This document shows, piece after piece, positions 25,273 to 43,376 of a stretch of 64,000 nucleotides of DNA. The notes below the pieces were generated by a model. That model saw nothing but the letters and a program-made list of their open reading frames with translations. It searched no databases and was not told the DNA's origin. The translations under genes and the position numbers were made by a program. The stretch comes from Paraphysomonas bandaiensis (taxonomy: Eukaryota; Protista; Chrysophyceae), in NCBI GenBank assembly GCA_965644295.1, contig CBFFRP010000322.1:1-64000 (forward strand), given 5' to 3'. Each line of letters starts with the position of its first letter. Position 1 is the stretch's first letter.

Positions 25273-26392
25273 TCAAGAAACTTCCATATCAGTGGTAGGA
25301 GAGAGTGCCGCGGGAAGCACAGGCGTATCCTTGTTCTTGTGTGGGCGGAAAGACTCCTCCACAACGAAAGTAGTACCGGGAGGGGGGGTTAATTTGGTAG
25401 GGCGGGTGTATTTACTCTTGTACGACGAGGCATTGCCAGCCGCGTTTTCATAAGTGCGGAATCTTGACACCTCGCCATTTTTGCGAATCACAGTGATATC
25501 CACATTGGACCCAGATCCAAGATCGTTAAAGATACCTACGATACAAAGTTACATAAAGGCAAGCACACATGGGGAAGGAACGAAATCGTTTCGGGTAAGA
25601 AGAATTGCAATGGTGGTGGCGTCTGCAACGCACCTGCTCGAATGGCGTCCTTGACGAGAGCTATACCCGCAGCCTCATCCATATCTTCCACATATCTAGG
25701 TGTAGTAGAGACAATTACTGCATTGGTATAAATGATCTAATACAGAGACCGCACCTGGATTCGAACACGGCCATAGCTGCAAGGGATCCGGAGCCCATCG
25801 TCACATAGGGCAGTCGTTGAGTGGATCCATGAGGGAATATGCTGTACAGATGCGGGCCGTGCACATCCACTCCCCCTAATACTAGAGCGGCGCTGATATG
25901 ACCCTGATATCTGCAAGACAGCAATAAAGGCTTAGCAAATGACGTTTGATACTTTCAAAGAAGTGTTAACCTGTATAGCATGCGCTTCAACATTGTAAGA
26001 GAAGTAACAACGCGAGATTGTGTTCCAGTAGACAAACGAAGCAATTCTAAATTCGACGCAATCAACTCGGTTGTTTTTTCGGTATCGGCGGCTGTGCCTG
26101 CCCCACAACACCATATATTCGGGGCGAGGTAGTGAATCTTCTCACAGTTCTTATCCATGACTTCACTTCCACCTGTCGCACGAGTGTCCGCACCTAGAAC
26201 AATCCCATCTTTTATTACAATTCCACATATAGTAGTCCCTGTTTTCCAGGCTTTAGGGATAGTCCCATTGTCCCCTCCCAGTTGCTTTGAAATCATCTGA
26301 TTACGAGCGTATAAATCAAAGGAAAATCCCCCCTTTTCATTAATCAACTCATTGATTCGCTGGTTTCCTACGCTCTTATCAGTAACCTCCAT
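25273..26392 (-). CDS. PSMB7: 20S proteasome subunit beta-2 (PSMB7/Pup1), 4 exons
   Basis: Propeptide followed by KTG|[49 protein letters not shown] and [12 protein letters not shown]. Confidence 0.97.
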
Positions 26393-26732
26393 TTCTGCGT
26401 TTTCAAAGTAACGTATGTATGAGAGTTAATGTCTATGTTATGTGTGGGTAATTAATAATTATGATGGCATGCTTGTATGTGTATGTATATGCAGCATACC
26501 ACAGCGCGCATACAGCATACAGTATACAGCAGCAGACAGGCAGATCTACACATAACACTGCAAGAGAACTATTGCATAGGACATACAGCAGAATACAGCA
26601 AGTATTCCTAGTATATGATACATGTATATGAACACTGCTGTACCTGGTGTACTGGTACGTCTAGACGTACGTATATATCAGCAGCAGCAGCAGCAGCAGC
26701 AGCAGTACAGTACATATGACTGTGTATAGAGT

Positions 26733-26952
26733 GGGTGACTACCTAAATTGCATAAATACATAAATGCATAAAAAGTCTGGGATTATAAAAATCTATTCAG
26801 ACCCAGTTTCTGCATATGTTTATGCATATAGGATAGTTTGTACGAGGGGTCCGGAGGGGTCTCCTAAAAAATCATAAATCTGCATAAATTCATGAGTTTA
26901 TGCAGCCTATTTTTTATGCATTTATGTGTTTGTGCAATTTAGGTAGTCACCC
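26733..26952. mobile_element. MITE (220 bp), GGG...CCC ends, ~40-bp TIR, 3-bp AGT duplication (PIF/Harbinger-like)
   Basis: gggtgactacctaaattgcataaatacataaatgcataaaaa pairs with tttttatgcatttatgtgtttgtgcaatttaggtagtcaccc. AGT flanks both sides. Confidence 0.85.
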
Positions 26953-27328
26953 AGTATCTACCTGTCAGAATTATACAGGAAATTTAGGAGCTTGATATAC
27001 TATTTTTACAACACGAAATTTTACAATTACACCATAAAAAATTCTATTTTCAAAAACGACAATATTACTATTATACAAGAATATGCACATATTTTTAAAA
27101 TCGCAGTGGACGAAATTACAACAACTCCATATACTCTAGCTCAGATGGTGTGTGTGTATACTCCGTGATCTTCATGATCACAATCATATTGACTAAATAA
27201 ACTATATATCACACATACACTGCATTGTGGAGTAAGTCTTCTCTATAGATTGCTTCACTGCAGATATTAACGGACTCAGATATTGATCTGCAGTGTATTT
27301 AAAGGGATATTAGAGGACTGTATCAGCT

Positions 27329-33601
<6,273 letters not shown>

Positions 33602-34315
33602 AGTGCTCCAACAGAATAGAAGGCTTTAAAATTTTAAAGTGTATTCAGATTTCGAAATAGGCGTAGTAGCATCATTAGAATCTGAATAGTACTGCCTGTA
33701 TCCGCATACATTTGCGTCTGTATATTTGTTAAGCAAAATAATTTTATTTGCAGCATATTAGGTACATATATTTGGGTACAGGATTACTTCGCCTTCACTG
33801 TTATATAAAAGGAATATGGCAGTAAGGAAATATTTATTTTCTTCATATGGAATGATTCACTGTAAATAGTGTGTTATTCTAACTCTGATGCGTAGACAAG
33901 TGAAGTATCGTGCAGTACGTAAACATACGAAAAATATGAAAGCATGACCGTAGATTCTTTCATAAAATAAGCTAGTAGTATATATGGAATGAGCCGAGAG
34001 TTGCGCTCTAATTTTGTAATAACCAGCTAGCGGCTTATTTTATCCTATGAGCTCTCTATTTTGCATATGCTTCGGCGTACTTTTTTATTTTATGTATGCA
34101 ATGGTACAATTATTATTACCATTGATTATGAACCAAGATCTGCTGAATATTATGACAACGAAGTGATAGGTTTACTATTGATACTTAACAGAAACAGACC
34201 AAGAAATATGAGTTTTATAATGTAGACTGGCAATGAAGAGTAATGATGAGAACAATGACTGATGATATTTACAGGTAGTGAATATCTTATTATTAGCAAT
34301 ATGCGTTTTAGAGTC

Positions 34316-34737
34316 AGTGCTTAACTCTGATATCCTACTATTTAACGCTACGAAAGCTACTTGTGTGTCACGACAAGCACCAAGATGCATTCGATCCCTC
34401 AAAACAAACGTAGTGAGCAAGCAGAATGTTGATATATCACACATCTGTTGATTTCAGGATTATTTGAGTCCTTAATGTGAACAGCCCGAATGCATGACTT
34501 CAGCAGGTAGCCCACTACTCCGGACGCCCTTGAGGTGGACCCATTCCCGGACGCCTGTTTGTCAAGGCCCAAAGACGTCAACACAAGTGACACTCATTAG
34601 TATCCCTAGTACCACACAAGCATTCGGCTATGAGTGGGCTGAGCAATATATCTGCTGACTATACATGCGGCTCACGTTAGTTTCGTTACTATCCCCAGAA
34701 CACCTCGAGAAGCTGCGAGTCCGACTTTGACGAGAGG
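34316..34737 (-). repeat. dispersed repeat family, copy 2 (longest uninterrupted copy)
   Basis: Reverse complement aligns to 13762-14100 and 54978-55584. Confidence 0.85.
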
Positions 34738-34819
34738 CATTTTCTGGACATTATAATGATGCGCAAACTGGAGAATTTATTGCAGAAATCAGGGTTTTAT
34801 ATCCATCCTGATAGATACG

Positions 34820-34988
34820 TACATACATACATACATACATACATACATACATACATACATACATACATACATACATACATACATACATACATACATACAT
34901 ACATACATACATACAAACATACATACATACATACATACATACATACATACATACATACATACATACATACATACATACATACATACAT
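34820..34988. repeat. (TACA)n microsatellite
   Basis: Direct reading of the sequence. Confidence 0.99.
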
Positions 34989-35044
34989 GCTGTGTGTCAG
35001 CCTCATTGTATCTCTTCATATCTATATCGATCTATCTATACACT

Positions 35045-36013
35045 ATGATATCATGGGGTATTATCGGCTGCGGGGACGTTTGCGAAAAAAAAAGCGGTCC
35101 AGCCTTCCATTCCTCACACAGTCAGCTGACTGCAGTGATGCGGCGTAGCTCTCAGTTAGCCTGTGACTTTGCCAGTCGTCATAACTCTAAGAGATGGTAT
35201 TCATCAGCCGATCAACTGCTATCTGATCCTGATATAAATGCTGTATATATAGCGACCCCCCCTGTGTATCATAAGGACTATGCAGTGGATGCTCTCAATA
35301 GAGGGCTGCATGTATATATAGAGAAGCCGATAGCAATGAACTCTACAGAGAGTATACAGATCGCTCAGGCACTCAAAGAGTCAAATGGACTTCTGTCTGT
35401 TGCTCATTATAGAAGAGAGTTGCCCTTGTTTAAAGATGTGAAGAGCATGTTGGATGATGGGCTTATCGGAGATATCAGGATGGCTCAGATTCGATGCTGG
35501 CAGACACCAGCATCCACACACCACTCATGGCGATACGATCCTAATATATCTGGCGGTGGGCTCTTTCATGATTTATCACCACATCAAATCGATATTATGA
35601 TATATTTTTTTGGTGTACCTTTGAACTTCCAGGGTTTCTCATCGACTCAAACTAGTGGGAGTTGTGCTGACATCGTTTGTGGCAACATATGTTTTGAGCA
35701 TAACATTATTTTCAATGGGTCTTGGTGCTTTACAGTCGCAGAAGGTAGTGCTGTTGACGAGTGCCTTATTATTGGTAGTGCTGGAAGCATAAAGTTTAAT
35801 TTTTTTGGTGCCCGGGGAAAGGTAATTGTGGAGAAGTTAGGCAGTGCATCGGTGACCCACGAATATGATCATCCTACAGCAATCCAGCAACCAATGATTG
35901 AAAAGGTGACACAATATTTTATCAGCAAAGGAGAGGAGACGAACCCATGTAGTGTACATGATGCAATCAAAGTCATGGAGGTGATGGATAGCTTCACAAG
36001 TAGGAGTGGATAG
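35045..36013 (+). CDS. Gfo/Idh/MocA family oxidoreductase, intronless
   Basis: WGIIGCGDV, AVYIATPPVYH, VYIEKP, GLIGDIR and ISGGGLFHDLSPHQIDIM. Confidence 0.93.
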   Translation: MISWGIIGCGDVCEKKSGPAFHSSHSQLTAVMRRSSQLACDFASRHNSKRWYSSADQLLSDPDINAVYIATPPVYHKDYAVDALNRGLHVYIEKPIAMNSTESIQIAQALKESNGLLSVAHYRRELPLFKDVKSMLDDGLIGDIRMAQIRCWQTPASTHHSWRYDPNISGGGLFHDLSPHQIDIMIYFFGVPLNFQGFSSTQTSGSCADIVCGNICFEHNIIFNGSWCFTVAEGSAVDECLIIGSAGSIKFNFFGARGKVIVEKLGSASVTHEYDHPTAIQQPMIEKVTQYFISKGEETNPCSVHDAIKVMEVMDSFTSRSG

Positions 36014-36601
36014 TTGTTTTACACAATACTGATATAATGTCATATCCCACTACTGTGATTCTTTGACATGCTTCGAGAGGAACAAACCCATACAATTGAT
36101 AATCTGGAGTGATTTGGGTGGCGTTGGTAGACATTCTATTAGTTGTTATATGTTATTTTCTCCAATAGTGTGGTGGTATACCCCTTAGTGGTGGTTTACC
36201 CCTAAAGGTTATACCGATTAATTAGCATCAGCATTATTGGTTTTCAATACCCCTTCGCAAGGAGAGCAAATGTAAGGATGATTATATTTTAATAGCAATT
36301 ATTCGAAAAAATTAGGTGTGGATTGTAATCATTATTTTGCGATTGGTATAATGACTCCACTCCCCCCTGACACTGAGCCGGTGGTAGTATATAAACCGGT
36401 AGCGTAAGAGTTCTTTATTTGGTTGAAGAAATTTCACTCACAAGCCACAATATAAAAAATAAATTTAAAAAAATATCGAGTCATATTACACCTCACTAAC
36501 TAATCTGTGAAAAAGCTAAACCGGTCCATTTTGCTTCGCCCGAATCTGTTTCTGCTCACCAAAAATGCCGTGGGCATTTCGATCATTTTTTCTTCAATAT
36601 A

Positions 36602-37117
36602 TTAGAATTTGTGAATACGAATTACAACGATACAGTTACCAAATATTAGATTGAGATCGCAAATAACTTGTCCTGAACAAATTGAATTTAATCCAGGGAA
36701 TGCTGCGTTAATTCTACTTGGTTGTTGAATTTCTTCATTAACTGCATAACAGGCGATTTTTCCGTGATGGTACTGAAATCCACCTATAACAATTTGTGGT
36801 GCTTGAATTAAAGCGATAGTTCCTGCTCCCGATTGAAAATCATCAACCTTTAACGACTGAAACGTTTGCAGAATGTCGTAAACCTCCAACTGTACTGCCA
36901 CAGGCACGTACGGATATGCAAGTGGTCCAAATTGTGGCAACAATACCGGGTCGACTTCGTTATCATCTTGTAAGAACTGGAAGAACAACTGATGGCCTTC
37001 GGGAGATTCCACTAACTCCACAATTTTAAATTCGCAATCATCACGAAAATTGACACCATCGCAGTTTCTGAGCCCCAACAAAACATCATCAGGTAAATTT
37101 GCATCAACAGACGTCAT
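36602..37117 (-). CDS. intronless hypothetical protein; C-terminal half weakly DUF3846-like
   Basis: 171-aa ORF with globular composition and the pattern LQTFQSL...GTIALI...YAVNEE...IN...IFGNCIVV. Confidence 0.5.
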   Translation of the reverse strand: MTSVDANLPDDVLLGLRNCDGVNFRDDCEFKIVELVESPEGHQLFFQFLQDDNEVDPVLLPQFGPLAYPYVPVAVQLEVYDILQTFQSLKVDDFQSGAGTIALIQAPQIVIGGFQYHHGKIACYAVNEEIQQPSRINAAFPGLNSICSGQVICDLNLIFGNCIVVIRIHKF

Positions 37118-39687
37118 TTTAAAACTTATTAAACTTATAGTAAGAACATCCAGCTATATGACCATACTACACTCTGAGTGATGCCCCTCCTACCTTGCTT
37201 TGTTCCTTCGTATCTTTGGGGGTCATATCTAGATACTTCTGTCGTCTTTGCTTGCTGTCTTGGAAGTCAAAAAGATATTGTGCTTGTACTTTCGATAGTT
37301 TCTGTCTTTTGTCCTCCTATAAATTCCTGCTTTTTCATCATATTCTGGCAAAAATGTCTTAGTGTGTGTGTACTATGTAAAATGAAATCCCCTGGTTTTT
37401 CACTCAAATATGCCACAAAACTACACATTTTCAAGATAATAATCGGCATATTGTCCACAGAATCCAGAGACAGATGTCTGTTAGCTTCACATACAGGATA
37501 CGATGCGATACTTTTACAGTAATAAGAGGAACGCAGGCTGTGATATGATCATAACCTCACTGGGAATACATGAGCTCATAGTTCTTTCATGCCACATGCT
37601 GCTGGTTGTTGATTTAGCTGGTGAAAGGTATGGTTAAGTGGCAATCATACAGGAGAGTTGGTCTATTTCAAAGACAGAGATAGCAGAGTTGATTCCATGA
37701 CCATAACACCAGAGGGCTCTCAGGTAATACGATCGGATGATATTGTAATATATTCAATTTAGTGGTTCGAAACAGAGCATATGAATATACTCACTCATAC
37801 TGCAGAGCTGATCATCAGAGTACTATGACTGTATCATTTATAGATACTTTCTCATAGTATCCTCTGCGTATTGATGTATATGAGTACTGTGTTGAAGCAT
37901 GTCACTCATTGTTGACGTCCAGCATACTCTGCGGAGCCGAATCTCTCCCTGCACTCGATTGTCATGCATCAGCAGTGGAGTCTTGGGGTAATGCGATTGG
38001 ATAATATTGTGAAAATGATAATGTGATGATATGATACAGAGCGTATGAAGAAACAGAATGCTTACGTGCTGCAGCAAAGGTTGCATATATATGGCAATGG
38101 CATGTAGCTGTTTGTGCGCTCGTGCGTCGGTCAATGTCACATCGCTGAAGTTAGGCATAGTCAGTTTGGTTGATTGAACATTCAAAGTATGTATTTACCA
38201 TAAAATTTTCTTGCCATAAGTAAGCTCGATCACTAACAACACTTACAATCTTCTTCCAATGCTTGTGATGCTGTAGAGTATTAACTGTGTAGATTCACGG
38301 CATCAGTGTTACGTTACTTACATACATTGTGTGGCCTTTAGTGTGTAGGCAAAGTTGAACTCTGAAGCAAAATGAAGGCGAATTGAGGTGAGGGGTGAGT
38401 CATTGAGGGCGGGTAGAGGCGCAACTCAATAACGACTCATTGAGAGGAACAAATGAGTTGCGTGAATATACAGTGTGTGTATTAGAACTCAACATTACAG
38501 ACAGAAAAAATGCTTTTGTTTTCACTCCCACTACAAAGGTGAGTGTGAAAATGCTTGTCAGAATAGACGAGTATTTTGATCATCACACCACAACAGATAT
38601 CCTCACACAATGATGACCTGTACAAAGACAAGTTCTTAAGTCGAACTGAGTGAGCAGTCGTACTGATAAACCAACCAAACTAATCTTGTAAAATTGCTTT
38701 CTATATTAGATTGTTAATTAAAAATAAATTCAGGTGAGTGGTAGAAAGTTATTACTGACATAAATAAAATTTATGCTAATATTATTGTTGCTGGTGTTGG
38801 AGTTACATTTTCGCAGATTGGCTCTTACTTTCAAATTAAGAAGGACCGAAAATATCAGACCGACAGCGAGCGAATGATTTAGAAGCGGATGATGAATGAG
38901 TATACCGGAAATGATTGCTAATTATTTGGGTTGCATGGATCATAATGATGCTTTTGATAAGGGAAAAACACTCACGCTTCCGGAACAAAAGTCTTTGGAT
39001 GCACTAATGAAGTGTTAATTGAACAAAAGAAAAGTAAAACAATTGAAGTGAAGTCAAGTCAAGTGATGGAGAGACGGTGAAGTGAAACGAAGTAAAGGTA
39101 TTCTTTGTATGAACCTAAAAGTGCACATTCATCTCTGATTCTTTCATCCAGTGTCTGTTTTTATTCACTGACTCCTATTTATGCATTCATACAAGGGAAT
39201 AAAAACAATCGAATTTGACAGCCACCAACACAACTCATTCAACACAAACTTGTTACCCTGTATGAATGCATAATGTACCTCAGTTACACCGGTGTTCACT
39301 CCTAACCCGTGAACCGGTATTGTCGGTCACGTGCTGTATACGTATACACACAGGATCCTGGGTGTGGATCTTAAACGAAACGCGTGAAAGGAAATATTTA
39401 TTTACTCTTTTTTATTGTAGTTATACTCATTAAACTTGTTATATTATTAGCATTAAATAGTCAGAAATATCAACACCCCTATATCGTGAAATATGTTGGC
39501 GACAAACTCACATATATATGAACTACTTTACGTAGGAATCAAATGGCTGCAATATCAAGCGCCCTTTTCATGTTTTGCAAGGTTTCACATATTCTAATTT
39601 TAGAGTCATAACATACATCACTGTGATATATAAGTAAACGAATAGTAATTGATATGTGAACACATATACACTATTGTCGCATCGATA

Positions 39688-42628
39688 TTACAATTGAGGG
39701 CTCCAACACATGACATTGCCATCGGCACCCGAGGTAAAGATATCACTGGTGACTGGACAAAACGAAGAGCACAATATTTTGTCTGTATGACCAACTAATG
39801 ATACTATTTTCACAAATTTAAAAGAATCGCTGGCAACTCGGCCGTGAGTAGCATCGCGATGTAGACTCCACACACTACCATTTCCATCAAACGAGGTCGT
39901 CAATGCGCAGAGCCCACCAAAAGGGGCTTCATTCCACAGAGCAACACTTCGCACGTCCGCACCATGTACAGAATACGAGCTTAGTAATCGCCTCTCTCTG
40001 GTGTCCAAAAGTGAGATAGACCCATTCGCATGGCCAACAATCGCCAATCCATCATCAGGAAGGGATTGGCATGAACATATGCCCTTACCGCCGAGGTCTA
40101 CACTCCATACAACTGACGCCGTACGAGTATCTTGAGCAAGTAGAAGTCCCTTGTCACAACCTGTTAAAATGGTATTTGGAGCCAGCCATGACACACCGTG
40201 GATGTGTGCCTGATGTGCTGTCATCTTTGTGCATGAGCCTATTGTTAAAAAAGTTTAAACATGGCGAGGGAGAGTTTTAAAAAACCTACCAGTCTGTACA
40301 TCCCAAACACGCAATCTACAATCTCCAGCACCTCCAGAGGCAAGATCACTTCCTTCACCGTAAGGTGAGAATCGAACGGATCGCACAGTGCCGTTGTGAT
40401 CTTTCAACGTACCAGCAACCCCATATGTCGAGTGTTGCGTTCTTCCTGTGCTTCTACTACAAGTGATTAGTCCAACACTGTATAGCAAAGATAACATGTC
40501 ATCACCTAATTATCCGAATTTGTCTATCATTTGATCCAGTGGCGAGAACTGCTGCATCCTTCGACCAGTCGCAGGTATATACGCTACATTTGTCGCCATG
40601 GTGGACCCCCTTTAGTTCACTCATTACTTCTACAGACTTGCTAGGCCTACTCATTCCCAATATACAAAGAGTGTTCGAGTTGCTGCCAATAGCAATACGA
40701 ACCTGTTGGCCCTTGACCTGTTCAATGCTGTCAGTAACAAGGCTATCATCCAATGGATCGTCTGAGGAAAAGGTAGCAACACAGCGAAGGGGGGTGGAAT
40801 CCCGTCTGATGCATACAGGACTGACATCGATACCACCTGGAGAAATCTCGCTCCAACGCACTGCGACACTTTTCTGTCGTCTGATTACAGCCGACTGTGG
40901 CGCTTCTCTAGAGTGTGATTGGTATGCCATCCTGTCATATCTGGTGGGGGCTGGTTTGTGATGGTGTTCTACTCTGTCTACTCTATGGGCACGATCAGTT
41001 ACATTGCTATGGCCTTCTCTTGTGCTCTGGCTGATTGTGGAGGCTGTTAGCCCTGCTGTCGACACAGTTTGCACTCCAGTTGCCAACGAGTTCGCACTAA
41101 ACACTGTGGTCTCGTCATGCTGCACTACCGCCTCTCGACCATCCTGTTCATCACGTTGCCCTGATAATCTACTATTCCCAGAGTCTCGTGAGTGCTGATT
41201 CGAATAGTTATGTCCCAAATGTTGTTCACGCGTATGCTGTACTACCGCCTCTCGACCATCCTGTTCATCACGTTGCCCTGATAATCTACTATTCCCAGAG
41301 TCTCGTGAGTGCTGATTCGAATAGTTATGTCCCAAATGTTGTTCACGCGTATGCTGTACTACCGCCTCTCGACCATCCTGTTCATCACGTTGCCCTGAGA
41401 ATTTACTATTCCCAGAGTCTCGTGAGTGCTGATTCGAGTTGCCATATCCCAAATGTTGTTCGTGAACTTCAAGGTTTCTTCTCTTGTCAGGGGATCTTCC
41501 AACATCGGTAGTCCACTTCAAGGGTGGTTTCGTTGCAGACACGGCGTCAGTTTTAGAATGATTTCTACATTCAACGCCCTTCCCACTATCCGATGCACAG
41601 CGATCGCTACACGATTGGTTATTAGGTTTACTCTTCAAAATCGTCAATCTGGGAAGGTTGCTGGGCATTCCTCGAGGGATGTCAGGATATAACAATCCGA
41701 CCTCATCTACAGCTACTTTTATTGGAGCCGTTGGATAACTACTCTGAGAAGGCTTTGCACGATTTACGCAACACTCCAACCCCAATGCAATCATTTCCTC
41801 TAGGCCATGTGTCGGGTAGTTAGACGAAGCGCAATATTCAGGTAGCACATCCTTCAGCAGATCTAATATAGCATCAACACATTCGAAGCGACCTCGTGTC
41901 ACTGTCCATTCCGAATAGTCCGGGCTCTCCGAGAGAGACGAGAAAGTAAGGCAGTTGCAAAGCTTATTAAACTCCTATGTATAAACATATTCGTGACCTC
42001 ATACGAGGACACTGAATAAACTATATCGTACCACTTGAGAACACAAATCTTCTAACGACTTGAGGACTTCCATAACTCTATCCATTACGACTTCGTCATT
42101 AGTGTCAGTGAATCCTCCCTCCGATAATTGTCGAAGTGGTCGCCAAGGAGTGACATCAATATGAGTATCCTTCGCTCCCTGCCAGCACAATGCTTCTAAA
42201 TATTGCTGCTTTCGGATCTCAAATGTGACCTGTATGCATATCACCATCACACCATACTATGAATGTTGCATAGAATGTACACCAATATATTACCTTATCG
42301 AAGTTTGAGACATACCTCTTGAGAGGACTCACATAAGCACATACGTCATCCCATCTGCATATGTATGAAACACAAATCTCCTCAATCGACTGCACAATAT
42401 ACACACTCACCTGCCACTGAGTATAAGCTGCTGCAGACACAGGGCCGCATCTCCTCTCTCCACCTCCGCCTGTCCTGTCTCCAGAGAAAACATGCAGAGG
42501 GTGTCGAAGAGGGCGTGTCTTCTCATGTGTTCCTATGATCCATCTGCAGTTATACATGTGTGTGTATGTGTGTGTATGTGTACCATGATGAGGCTGTTCA
42601 GTGACCGTTCATCCAACTCGAACTCCAT
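39688..42628 (-). CDS. WDR47: WDR47-like protein (LisH/CTLH + WD40), multi-exon
   Basis: Spliced LQQLILSGR|WDDV and IRKQQYLEALC, then WD region IAIGSNSNTL, SVYTCDWS...LATGSNDRQIRI, HNGTVRSVRF, LASGGAGDC and HGADVRSV. Confidence 0.82.
41117..41466 (-). repeat. 117-bp coding tandem repeat (39 aa x3) inside the WDR47-like gene
   Basis: EQHLGHNYSNQHSRDSGNSRLSGQRDEQDGREAVVQHTR repeated three times, nearly identical at DNA level. Confidence 0.95.
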
Positions 42629-43376
42629 TATGTAATACGCCTGCGCCTGTTAGATGGGATGGTCTTAGTGGAGGGCTGTAAAGGGCACTCTACCACACCC
42701 AGTAAGCTGCACTATGATACTTTGATATAATATGAGCAGAGGGTTACAGTCTACAGGCACAAGAGCAGGGTGGGGATGTCGTACTGCTGTACTGTACACA
42801 CTGTACAGCAGTACATACTGTATATGTATGTGTATCTAGAGCAGAGGATCTTATTGCAGTACTTTCTATTCACTGGAAATCAGCTATTTATATGTATATA
42901 AACAGCAGTAAACCTCTAGTTTTTTTGTATTAAACGCGGTTTTGCCCAATTACTGCTGATCCAGTGGCATCCTTGATACATGCTGCTGTACATCCTAGAG
43001 CCATATATGCATATATATATATGGACTGCAGGCAAGCTTATATATGCATATAGCATATGAGTGGCACCACATACGGTATCTTGCTAGCTAAGATGATCAA
43101 AATCAATAACGTTAGACACGAATTTCATGACAGTCACAGTAATTCAGAGTCATATATAAGGAGAGACTGTGTGAGGGGTTGGACAGCTGTGTCAGTAGCT
43201 CATTGCTGTTATCTCTTCAGATACACAAACGCTTTGAACTGATAATTCAATCCCATAGAAGCCTCGACTGGATTATACGTCTATGAGTGGGAGGTTGTAT
43301 ATATATATACTAATTATCATATTTACAGTCCACAAGCATATTCACATCAAAGAATCCATAACACTCAATAGTGCAA

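Noticed and set aside
42871-42966. Short imperfect inverted repeats (also about 60710-60840 and 61213-61361)
   Set aside because: Arms are short or mismatched, with no clear TSD or second copy; cannot support a MITE call.
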